Positions 52,250 through 64,000 of a stretch of 64,000 nucleotides of DNA are shown here, one piece after another. Within the stretch, counting starts at the first letter, position 1; each line of letters opens with the position of its first letter. The position numbers and the translations under genes were made by a program. Origin of the DNA: Hydrolagus colliei (Eukaryota); the NCBI GenBank assembly GCA_035084275.1, contig CM068743.1, forward strand, positions 30,132,001 to 30,196,000, written 5' to 3'. Under the pieces are notes generated by a model. It saw only the letters and a program-made list of their open reading frames with translations. It ran no database searches and was not told the origin of the DNA.

Positions 52250-52805
52250 GCCTGTCGCAGTGGTAGCAGTCTCTCGCCTTTGAGACAGAAGGTTGTGGTT
52301 TCAAAGCCACAAGTCAAGACTTGGAATCACATTGTTTAAACTGACACTCCACTGCATCAACAGCAACAAATTGCATTTATATAGCACCCGGCGGTGCCTC
52401 AGAGCGCTTAATATATATGGCAAAGTTGTTGTTGTTGTTAACGGTAACAGAGCCCATGGTCGAGCCAGGGGAGGGGAAGGTGACCGTAGGCATGGTTGAA
52501 GAGAAAGGTCTTCAGATGGGGAAGGAGGGATTGAGAGAGGGAACAGCTGGGGAAGGGGAGGTTGCATTTTTGCAGGTGCAGTCTTTCGGATCAGACATTA
52601 AATCAAGGTTTGATCTGCATGCTCTGGTAGATGTTAAAGATGCCATGGCACAATTTAAGAAGAGAACAGAGTTTCTCCTGGTGTCCTAGCCAACAATCCC
52701 CAAATACAATTGGTCAAACATGGCTGTTTGTGGGACATTGTGAAATGCTTTGAGAATATCTCAACCACGTGATAAGGCTCTTTATCAAATGTAAGGATTA
52801 TATTA
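52250..52805 (+). mobile_element. DeuSINE interrupted by an L2 3' fragment (about 52358-52560, -)
   Basis: tRNA head, then gtctttcggatcagacattaaa...agatgttaaagatgccatggcac...ggtgtcctagccaa. Confidence 0.7.
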
Positions 52806-53799
52806 AGTTATTTGGCAACCAATGAAGGTTGATAAGGTTGGGATATTTCCCTGCAATGGCAGTATTGGTCCTCAGCATGCTTTTTACAAGATTAAACCAC
52901 TGCTTATTGGTGAGAATGTCATATATGGTTTACTTGATGCCAATGTTCTGCTGTCAAGCACATCACCTTAGCAATAGCTTGGGATAATAGAAAAGTGCAG
53001 TAATATACATCAAAAATTGCTTGGCTTTTGACATGTGAGCCAGGAAATTGCAGAGATTTTATTGATTTCGCGGAAAATTGTAGAGGGTTTGGTGCTATTG
53101 AGAGACATATTTTGTGAAACATCACAGATTAAAATTGTAGACATATATTTCTTGAACGCAGTTATATTTTAAATACTAAAACTGTTAATGTAAATAGTAC
53201 AGCACTTACCAGAAATTCATTGTGGGAGCTAAGTTTAGATCGCGGGCACTGTGCAAAGCCAATTTTCTGCTTGCAATGCTCCGGTGATCCCAATACTCCC
53301 CACACAGAGTAGTGGTGTTGAGCAAATAGCGCAAGAGGCTTTGGGCCCAGCACACTGTGTGTACACAGGTTGGCAGTGGAGGGCAAGTTTGTAACAGATT
53401 TCATAGAAAGCGTGCAGCCACACTTTTCTATTGGCCCAGTTAATTAACTCAGTTCCATTGAGACTCCATTGATCTTTGGCCTCACCGTCCAGGGGGGCAG
53501 TGAGCTGGGTAAGTTTAAACATTGGGTGTCGGACACACGCAGAAACATCATCACAATGCTTAACCAAACAAAACTGAGTGTGCCACATATGCATGCAATG
53601 GAATGGAAATTGCCTTGTGTCGGGAATGGAATGCACTCTGTCCCTTGAGTGCCGCAAACTGTTTTCCTAATCCCAAAGAATACGAAGTGCCGGTTGGCGA
53701 GAAGCAAGGCTCGGGCACCCCAGAGTGTGGGCTGGGGGTACTGCTGTGAATTTAACCAGCGACAACAAACTGTACAACTTATCGTTGAGAGCAATGTGA

Positions 53800-55040
53800 T
53801 TACAACAACAAAATTACACTTATACAGCGCCTTTCACATCAGGAGGGCGTCCCAAGGCACTGGACAGTCAATGTTTCAGACCTGAGCTGGGGTCGGGAAT
53901 GGGGAGGGTGGAGGGGAAGCAGTGGATTTAGGGTGACCGATGGGATCGTCGTGAAGGGATTTGAGGTGGACTTGAAGGAGGCCTTCAGGCGAGCGACTGC
54001 GGGAAGGAATACCAGAGGGTCGGGATGAAGTGGCTGAAGCCGATCAGGAGGGCCTTGGTCTTGTTGACATTCAACTGTAGAATGTTAGCTCTCATCCAGG
54101 ACTTGATGTCCTTTCTGTTCGACCGCGCCTATGGTCACCTTCTCCCTCTCCCTGGCTCAGCCTAGACCTCTGCTATTGTGAAGTGCTCTGAGATGCCGCC
54201 TGGCATGGAGGGCCCTATATAAATCCAAGTTGTTGTTGTCATTGTTGTTGTTGATGTCTGACAAGCAGTCTGTCAGTACAGCAGTGGTCCTAAAGTCGGG
54301 GGTGAAGGCAGAAAGATAGAGTTAGGTGTCATCCACACACATATGGAAATTGACCCCATGTCTGTGGATGATGCCACCAAGAGGGAGCATGTAGATATTG
54401 GAAAGTAGGGGTCCAAGGACAGAGCCCTGGGGGATGCCACAAGTAACAATGCGGGAGCTGGAGGAGAAGCCATTGGTGACGACAAAGTGGAGACAGTGAG
54501 AAAGGTAAGAGTTGAACCAGGCTGGGGCAGGTCCGTGATGATTGAGCTGGGAGGAGAGGCGGAATAGGAGGATGGAATGGTCGACAATGTCAAAGGCAGC
54601 AGAGAGGTCAAGGGGGACAAGGGGGCAGAGAGAGCCCTGACCACAGATGTTTAAAATGCCATTAGAGACTTTGACCAGGGCTGTCTCCATGCTAATGAGC
54701 AGCACAAAAAGTGTAAGAGTGAAAAAGGAGCGGAGCTGGGACACAACGACACAATGACTCATTCCAGGGCCTTGGAGAGGAATGGGAGGTTGGAGATGGG
54801 GTGGTAGCAGGAGAGTAGGGATGTGTCCAGCAAAGGTTTTTCAGAATGGGGTGAAGACAGCTGTTTTTAGAGGGCTAGGAACAGTGCCGGTGGATAGGGA
54901 GAGATTGATGAAGTCAATTAAGAGGGAGCTAGAAGGTGGAGCTGAGAGATGAGGAGAGAGGTGTCAATGGGATTGAGGGAGCAGGTGGTGGGTTTCATTT
55001 TCTGGATGAGAGCCAAGAGGGCGGTGGGAGAGATAGGGTC
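53800..55040 (-). mobile_element. Rearranged L2 fragments
   Basis: LDLSAAFDIVDH and [12 protein letters not shown] motifs; a + strand tail is nested at about 54110-54253. Confidence 0.8.
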
Positions 55041-56502
55041 TAAAGGTACAAATACATTACAATTCCATCTTCATGTTCCCATCCTTTCTGAATTATTTAC
55101 ACAATTTGTATCATCCTGTGCCTCTGGTAAATACAGAGGCTCAAATTGAAAATATGATTTGAGGAATACTTTGTGCAGTTTGCCAATATAAGTTCTTTGA
55201 ATAAATTTGGTAGGAATCAGTGAATACATTCCTGGCATTCTTGGCTTGGAAAGTCCCATCAAATAAAGTGAATATATCTTGAAAACAATAACAATTATGA
55301 TGGGATGGACAGGAGTAGATTCTGGTTATTGTACAGCTGAGTTTATAGGATTCTTGCCTTTGCATTCATAATCTCGGCCAGGGCCATCCTACTGGTGGCC
55401 CATGCATCGCATTTGACCCGGGGATTTAATCTGCCCTCAAACCATTTACCATGTGGCTGTGTCTCTCTTTGGAAAGTGATGGAAAGAAGGTCGGAGCTGG
55501 AAATATACTGTAAAACCCTTGAGAGAGAGTGCAGAGAACGAGAGGAAAAGAGGCCAGCAATATTTTAAAGATTCTATTTTGCAATTCTAAAATGACAGAA
55601 CTTTGAGTTTCAGTAAGGAACACAAGGTAGATGTGGGAAATTGAGAATATTGGAGCTCTGATTCAAGAGAAATATTTTCCTCAGGGTATGTATTGTTACA
55701 TCTATTAAATGATGCGCATTTTAATTCACTTAATTATATGTTTTGTTTTCTTTACTCTGATTACTCTGGATTTAATAATTATTCTTGCATATATGAAATG
55801 TATTTGCTTTGCCCACAAATTATACAGTCAATTCACCTTACAGTACAATATATCCTTTGAAGCACTTTGAGATGTCTTAAAGATATGATAAGACGCTGTA
55901 TCAAATGCAAGGATTATTATTGATGAAAATGTATTATTGTTTTAAAATTTGTCTGAATTTTTAATTGCCTATTTGAAACAAGGAATTATTTTATGATTCT
56001 TACGGGTTATGGAAGGGAAACAATTATATTCCTTAGTCCGCCCACAGACGTTTCTCAAATCCCAAGGCATCCAGCCATCAGCAGCCGAAATTTTCAACCA
56101 TCCTGGTGTAGGTTAACATGTCAATGCAATACTGAGAGTGCACTGCGATGTAGGAGGTTCATTGGATCAGACTTTACCATTTACTGTGTGCAGGTGGATG
56201 TTAACCATCCCATGGCAATATTTAAAAAGAGTAAGTTATTTCTCCCAGCGTCCTAGCCATTTTGCCATTGTTGTTTGCTGTGTACAAATTGATTGTGTTT
56301 GCCTAAGAAATATACAGTCACTACAATTGATAGTAACACAAATCCTACCACCTCAGCCAGACTAAGACAATTGTTATTTTTTTTACAAATTACACAAAGC
56401 ACATGGCCCTATAATATCAAATGGGTATAACATTCAGAGATTTTCTTATGATCATTTTTGAAGATAAATGTACAGTAGTGAATCACTCATATATATTACA
56501 TA

Positions 56503-56783
56503 ATACTAATCCTTGCATTTGATTATAACGATTTCCTAGCTGTCTTGAAGCACGTCACAGAATATATGTACTATAAAGTGAATTGACTATATTTGCAGCC
56601 GAAATGCTGCAGCCAATTGTGCACAGCAGTTTCCCAGAAACAGTTGGGATTGAAGGGACCAATTTATTATTGTTTTTTTCTTGAGAGATTATAAATCAGG
56701 CGCTGGAGTAAGGAAACTTGCCCAAGGTTTTGCAATGCCGGGTATCAAGCCCAGGTCTCTTGCTTGCAAGGCGAGTGCTCTAA
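56503..56783 (-). mobile_element. tRNA-derived SINE
   Basis: Reverse complement of the SINE family. Confidence 0.82.
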
Positions 56784-57679
56784 CTGCTGAGCTACAGGAC
56801 TCCATGTCTAGTATCTCTCTATATATACAGTATATAGATATTGTACCTGTATTACACATTTTATTTAGAAATTTGACTTACTGTCAAACTTACCAGACAT
56901 ATAGTTTCTGTAAAATTTTGTATGGCTCCCATATCAGTAAATTGGTAATTTTGGCTGATGCACTCAGTAAAAAGAATTTTGAAAGCCTTTTAGGGCATTC
57001 AGTTGCATTTTAAAGAAATTCATCTCCTCTGTATTAATTCTCTTTGTCATCTAAATTCCTCCTGATAGGGTGTATTCCACATATCTACTATCCAGTGGAA
57101 CAAAGTCTTTTTTCTAATCTCTCACCTCACCTGGACTTGATTCACTTTATGTTCACATCTCCCAGTCTTACAGTTAAATAACCTGCCGACTTCAACATTC
57201 CTCTGAGCATTTTCAAGCTTGAAACAGGACCAGGGCTTAAACGAATGTCTGCTTGGTCAGAGGAACATTAAACATCCCATGGCATTATTTCTAGGAAGAG
57301 CTGGTAGTTATACTGGTGTTTCTAGCCTTCATTCCTCTCCCATCCAAATTCACCAAAGTAAAAGATGAATCATGTATCCCATTGGTGCGTATGGAACATT
57401 TCTCCCAAAAAGATTAAAGTCTGCAGTTGCCTACATAACAATAGGTCCCATGCTTCAAAGTGACGTGTTCCATTTCTGAAGTTTTGTTTTGCAAAAATGC
57501 ACTGTATTGAATGCATTTCAATAGGCTGAGGGTTAGGCACCAAGGCTCAGGCTGAGGGTTAGGAAACTTACTCAAGTTCCAGGCCCTGCCTGGAATTGAA
57601 CCCAGGTCTCTTGCTTGTAAGGCAAATGCTTTAACCACTGAGCTACAGGACTCTATGACTGCCTTTCAGGTCGGGAGAA

Positions 57680-58580
57680 TGTCAATGTTTCGGACCTGAG
57701 CTGAGGTCAGGATTGGGGAGTGCGGAGGGAAGGGAGGGGAAAGGGGGGGGACTGATGGCATGGTCAAAGAGGAGGGTCTTAAGGTGGGACTTGACGAAGG
57801 CAAGAGAGGGCAAGGCAGAGGGATTGCAGGATGGAATTCCAAAGATTGGGGGCAGAGTGGCTGAAGGCTGAGTTCTGGATGATCTGCAGCCTATAGAAGG
57901 AGGGACTGGGGAGGCTGACAACAACAACAACAACTTAGATTTATATAGTGCCCTCCAAGCGTCTCAGAGCGCTTCTAAAGCAGGGCATTGGCACAGTTGA
58001 GCCTGGACGGGATGAATAAGAGTTTCAGCGGCCTGAGAGATGAAGTAGTGGCAGAGCCAGGCAATATTGTGGAAGTGAGGGAAGGCAGAGCGGTTCGTGA
58101 CGTGGATGTGGGGAAGCTAAGACAGTTGAGAATTGAACAAGAAACCAAGGTTCCTGACTGGCTTGGTGGGTGAAGTGTGCAACCATAGAGGTTGATACTG
58201 CCAGTGCCTGAGGTGCGGAGGCGCTGGCATGAGACAATCAAGACATCCACCATCTTGTTGACATTCAATTGTAGAAAGTTAGCCCTCACCCAGGACTTGA
58301 TGGCTGATAGGCTGTCTGTCAGGACAGCAGTAGTCCAGGAATCGAGTGTAGAGGCAGAAAAAGAGAGTTGGATATCATCTGCATACATATGGAAGTTAAC
58401 CATATGTCTGTGGATGATGTCACCAAGGGCAAGCATATAGATAGTGACGTGACGGTGCTGGGGCTGGAGGAGAAGCTGTTAGTGGCGACAAAATGGAGAC
58501 AGTGGGAGAGGTAAAATTTGAACCAGGCAAGAGCAGGTCTGCAAGGATTGAGCTGAGAGGAGAGGTGGTTTAGGAGGACA
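57680..58580 (-). mobile_element. L2 LINE fragment with a nested L2 tail
   Basis: FHMYADDIQL and FLQLNVNK motifs. Confidence 0.82.
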
Positions 58581-59519
58581 AAAGCCCAAATGTACTCTTA
58601 CCGATGAATAACATTGCTTTCCAGTGACCTGTTTTTCAGTTTTTAATTAAATAGTTTCAAGATGTGTCCCAGTACTCCATTAGTCTTGCTGAGTCTTACA
58701 TTTACTGGGTATATTTAATGAATACACAGTATCAAGCACAGTATCTGTTTCATTTTCCACCTTTGCCAAAGGGCATTTGTGCACTGTGCATGTTTCATGC
58801 TTTTTGTACCTCTCTGCTATCGTCTTTTTTAATTTTTGCATTCCTTATCCTTCATGCTCAAATTGCTTTATTTTAATAACACAACTTATTGCATTTGTGC
58901 TTGACAAATGCAATGTCCTTTGTTTAAAAATGCACCTAAAAGTGCTTGACAAATTACGTGGCCATTGAGCAGAGAAATAAATGATTTAAAGAGATTGATT
59001 CAAAGGCATAGCACAACAGATATGGTTTAATAATAATAAACCTTCCATTTGACATAGAGCCTTATCACATGGTCAAGATGTCCCCAAGCGTTTGACAGAA
59101 TAGCTGTAAATTGAATTGACTGTATATGTTATGGTCGAAACAAGATTTAAGAGATTTTTGAGAAATGATGTAACAAGCAAAATTGGTTTAGAAGAGGACT
59201 CATTATTGTGTACAAAAGGGGCATGTCATCTGAAAGCTTTGCCATAGGCTGAACAAGTTTCCATGTGTTGGTTGGGGAGGGGGGAAACATAGGAACAGGA
59301 GTAGGTCATTCAGCCCCTTAAGCCTTATCCGGCATTCTATCAGATCATGGCTGATTTGTACCTCAAATTCATTTACCCTCCTTTGCTATCTCTTGATACC
59401 CTTACCTAACAAAACTGTACCTCAGTTTTTTTTTACTTCGGTGGGATGAGAGAGCTTGTGGAGGGCTTTGAAGATTAGAAAATAATCTTGAAATTGATTC
59501 TGATCATTAAAAAAAACCT

Positions 59520-60225
59520 TACATTTGTTATGGCCTTTTACATTGGGAGGATGTCTCAAAGTGCTTCATAGGAATTAGAGGATTAAGTGTTGTGACTGTA
59601 TTTTGTAGATGATTTTGTGGATTACTTTTGCTGCTGTGTGTGAACATAGCAGCCATAACAATACCCACAGAAGAAGCAAATGATAAATTCATTTGGGAGA
59701 TAGTTGGCAAGGACACCAGGAATCCCTTTGAGATATTAAGCCAGACTCTTTTGAGTCCCATCAATTAAATTATGACCTAGACAACAGTTTCTTGTCATGA
59801 AGAAATATTATGTTATTATAATAATAAGACTTGCATTTGATATTATCCAGGCATCTCAAAGTGCTTCACAGTATAAAGTGAATTGACTGTATTTTGTGGA
59901 CGAAATGCAGCAGCTGATTACACAAGGCAATATGCCACAAATAGCCATGCAGTTACCTATATTTGGAAATTTTGGCCAGGATATTGGAAGAAACTCCCTT
60001 TTCTTTTCAAATAGTGTCAGAATCTGATGGCACTATTTGGAAAAAAAAGGGAATTTTTCCTGCTATTCTGGCCAATGATTCCCCAAATAAATAAATGATC
60101 ATTCCCTTCAAGGCTATTTGTGGTATATTGCTATGTGCAAATTGACTGCTGTGTTTGACAATAAATACACAGTCATTACACTTTAATGTGAATCTTGTGA
60201 AGGACTTATTTATTATTTATTAATA
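59520..60225. mobile_element. Three DeuSINE 3' fragments (-, -, +)
   Basis: Deu-core motifs; the last two are inverted around about 60020. Confidence 0.65.
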
Positions 60226-60429
60226 GTGAAGCAGTAACTGTCCAGGGCCATGGGACGTCCTCCTGACGTGAAAGGCACTATATCAATGTAATTTTGTCGT
60301 TGTTAACAGGAAGACATCTAGAATTTTGATTGGGGAATCCCCGTTCATCACTGACCTCAGGAAGAACCTCATCTAATTATTATCACTACAAGGCCAATTT
60401 GCAATCCAGCTAATTTAAATTTGATTTGA

Positions 60430-60762
60430 TTGAGGTATTTAAGATGATAAAGGGATTTTATAGGGTAGATAGAGAGAAGCTATTTCAGGCCATTTAAGAG
60501 TGAAATCAGGAACCATTTTTTCACTCAAAGTGTGGTAGACATCTGGAATTCTCTATCCCTAAAGGTAGTGGATGCTGAATCCATCCACACCTTCAAGGGT
60601 GAGGTTGATAAATTTGGGGTATTACAGGATATTAAGGGATACCAGGAGAAAGCAGGAAATTGGAATTGCAAGGATGAGTAGAGGTACAAATTAGCCATGA
60701 TCTAAATAAATGCCAGCACAGGCTCGAGGAGCTGAATGGCTTACTCCTGTTCCTATGTTCCC
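60430..60762 (+). mobile_element. CR1 LINE 3' end
   Basis: LIEVFKMIKGF-like coding remnant; 3' end gctgaatggcttactcctgttcctatgttcc. A reverse copy of the tail lies at about 59285-59420. Confidence 0.8.
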
Positions 60763-61184
60763 AAATCTGTATTCCTCTAACTTCATTGAAAAACGCACAT
60801 ACACAGCATTTTGCAAGGAACCCTGGAAAAAAAAGTATATCAACTGGATACATTTTAATCTCTACATTAGTAACTTCATCAAAGAATTCCAGTATCTTCA
60901 TGATGCATGACCTACTGCTTATAAAGTTATTCTTTATATAGCCTCCTCTTTCCAGGACTATTGACAGCAACTTTAAAATACTTTCAAGTACTTTTTCTGT
61001 CATCCTTTATTGAGAAACCTGGGTAAACGGCCAAGTCCCATGATATATGATGACATGAAGGTAAGAAACAAGAAACGACACAAGATAAATAAACAGTGCT
61101 TACATGGGTTTTAAAAGCAAATGGACCATAGAATAAAGAACAAATGTAGAAAGCTAAGTTATTTCACTGCCGAAGTCCAATGAA

Positions 61185-62955
61185 ACATCAGCCTGCCCGC
61201 CCCATCCATTCAGCAGACTCAGGCCTGCTCCGTGTCCACCGCCCTAACCGCCATCGGCGGTTAGGCTTTCAGCCTCTCTGCTCCCACACTGTGGAACTCC
61301 ATCCCACAGCCCCTCCGCCTTGCGTCCTCCCTTTCCTCCTTCAAGGCCGGTCTCAAGACCTTCCTCTTCAACAGTGCCTTCGGTTCCCCCACTAACTCTT
61401 CCCCCTCTCCTTCCCCCTATCCCAACCCTCCCCCCTGCTTGGGTCCCGACCTGACTGTTCAGCACTTTGGGACGTCCTCCCGATGTGATAGGCGCTTTAT
61501 AAGTGCAATTTTGTTATTGTTGTTGAAACAATGAGTTTTAATTTCAACATGTGAGGGTGAAGAGAGCAATGAGGTTTTTTTTTAATGCGGAGAGACATTA
61601 GAAACTAAAGCCATGAGATTTAAAAAGCAATTCATAAATGCTGTATTTGAAGAGAATCAATATAAAAGCACACAGAGCAATGGAAAATAATTGACATTGG
61701 AGTATATAGCTCCAATGGCTAACATTGCACCAGCAAAGGTCAGAACTTCCTCTGTCTCCTCATCCTCCTAGACTTCTCCGCTGCCTCTGACACCATGGAC
61801 CATTCCTCCACCACCTTTCCTCTCACTTCAATCTTCAAGATTCTTTTCTTGACTGGTTCAGGTCTTATCTCTCACACTGGTTCAGGTCTCCAATTTGTCT
61901 CTGCTTAACGGTTTCTCTTCCAGCCCCTGCACCTTGTGTGGTGTTCCTCAGGGATCTGTCCTAGGTCCCTTCCGCTTCAACCTCTACACGCTTCCCCTTG
62001 GCAACATCATCCACAGACATGGTGTCAATTTCCACATATATGACACTCAACTCTATCTCTGTCTTGGAATCACGGGTGCAGTCAACTGGCATCCTGTCAG
62101 ACATCATCTGGATAAGAGAAAACTTTCTACAGCTGAACATCAGCAAGACCAAAGCTTTCGCCTGAGTGGCTTGCGCCAGCGACTCCACACCTCAGGCATT
62201 GGGAGCATCAGAATCCATGGATGCACACTCTACCTCACCAAGCCAGTTAGGAACTTGGGCATCTTGTTCGACCCTCAAGTGTCCTTTGTCCCCATATTTG
62301 TTCTATGACCAGAACTGCTTTCCATCATCGCTGCAACATTGCCTGACTTTACCACTGCCTCACCACTCAGACCACCGAAACCCTCATATACGCATTTGGC
62401 ACCTCAAGGCTCGACTATGGAAACTCCCGCCTAGTTGGCTCCCCCCAACTCTTCCCTCCACATCCAAAACTCTGCAGCTCTTGTGCTCTCCTGCACCACA
62501 CTCTATGACCCCATTACCCCACCCTCACCCAGCTCCACTGGCTCCCCATCCCTCAGAGGATATAATTCAAGATGCTTGTCCTCATTTTCAAGGCCCTCCA
62601 CGGCCTTGCCTCCCACTACTTCTCTGACCTGCCAACCTCCATCAATCTGTCCACTTCCTCAATTCAGCAGGCTCCAGCCAACCATCTGTGGCCAGGCTTT
62701 AAGCCTCTCTGCCCCATTCTTTGGAAGTCCATCCCACAATCCCTTCACCTTGCTTCCTCCCTTGCCTCCTTCAGGGCCTGACATAAGCTCTTATTTTTTG
62801 ACTGTGCCTTCAGCTGCCCCTCTGTTTCTCTGCTCTCCTTCATCCCAACCATCCCCCACGCCTCCATGGCCTGATCCTGACCCTTGACTGTTCAGCACCT
62901 TGGGACATCCTCCTGACGTGAAAGGCACTCTACAAATGCATTTTTGTTGTTGTTG
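61185..62955 (+). mobile_element. Two L2 3' fragments (61185-61525 and 61740-62955)
   Basis: [11 protein letters not shown] motif; tails gacgtgaaaggc...tttgttgttgttg. Confidence 0.85.
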
Positions 62956-63349
62956 AATTAAATTGAATGGTGTTTATCTGGGGAGGGATTGAAAAAGATA
63001 AGACAATAAAGACTTTATTCATAAATATCAAGTATAATTTGAAGAGTTTATGGTTTACGTCAAGGATATTAAGCATGAAATACAAATGAGTTGCACAAGT
63101 GCGTTTACATCATATTTACACTGGACTATGTACTTGTCAACAGTCTTAATCCTATTGATATCAATTTATCAAGTAGTTATCTGATTTAGTTAAGTCTTTT
63201 TTGACCTTGACTGACAATTTGAGGTTTGAGGTTAACTGACAATTGAACAGTGTTTCTCAGAATTATTTCAGATTTCTTCAGTCTGAATGGATACTCATTG
63301 AATATTTCGACGATTTGATATGTATGACTAAACACATATCTTTTTCAAG

Positions 63350-64000
63350 TATCAGGTATTTTTTCATGGTAGATGAGTTTGAAAAATCCAAATAATACTC
63401 CCAAATTCAAGAAGACTGACTTTGTGTGCTTGAAAAATTGAGTCGGAGTGGGTCTGGCAGGTTTAAACATGTCAGTGGGAGTGGAGAACCTATGGATTTC
63501 CTTTAAGAAGGTGATAATGAAGGCAATGAAACAATGTGTAAAGAAAGTGGGAATCGGTGGAGGTATATTACTATAGCTATGCATTTGGTTGAAGGAGAGT
63601 AAATTCAGAACGGATCTACACAAACACTATTTCAGTGCATAAATAGTGAATCTGTGGAACAGTCTTCCTAGGTTTAAGCAGGAAATGTTGATACTTTCAA
63701 ACACATTAGATAGTTTTCTTTTATGAAATATCATTATGCGATATAGTCCATGGATAGTTTGGCGGCATATCACCACTAGGAAGGTGGAAGGTGAACTAGA
63801 AGAATTTTGTCTAGCATCACTTATGTTCCTTATCAAGTTTGAGAATAAATTGGATTTGAGTCTTCATGAGATTACAATATATAAACTAAATAGTATAATC
63901 TTAAAGCAGATGAAGGAACAAAGAGACCTGGGGGTTCATATAAGGAAATCTATGAAGGTGGCAGGACAGGTAGATAAAGCTGTAAAGAATACTAGGCTTT
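63350..64000. mobile_element. Degenerate CR1 fragments
   Basis: gaacaaagagacctgggggttcatata and gtgaatctgtggaacagtcttcc are CR1 ORF2-like. Confidence 0.55.

Overview
Vertebrate genomic DNA. The repeat content (L2 LINEs with (TTG)n tails, tRNA-head SINEs with a Deu-like middle, SacSINE1/LF-SINE-like relics, CR1 3' ends) suggests a cartilaginous fish, probably a chimaera; this is an inference. The window holds the complete coding region of cullin-2 (CUL2) on the + strand. I traced 20 coding exons from ATG 6387 to TGA 44434. They join in frame to 2241 nt (746 aa), with the VRIMK neddylation lysine at K690. The splicing is unusual: one U12 (minor spliceosome) GT-AG intron, two GC-AG introns, NAGNAG acceptors and one acceptor with a G7 run. 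A repeat-poor stretch after the stop codon probably forms a long 3' UTR with two miR-30 8mer sites. Introns and the downstream intergenic DNA are filled with L2, CR1, SINE and non-autonomous DNA-transposon fragments. Nearly all ORFs in the supplied track are transposon remnants or low-complexity artefacts. I found no convincing novel protein-coding system. The best leads are a palindromic insertion with a 15-bp TSD right at the exon 3 donor, an unclassified repeat present twice, a MITE with a 6-bp TSD, a MITE-supplied strong 5' splice site, inverted SINE hairpins and a near-consensus CTCF site. Exon numbers assume one upstream non-coding exon, as in human. Repeat family names come from memory of consensus sequences, not from a search.
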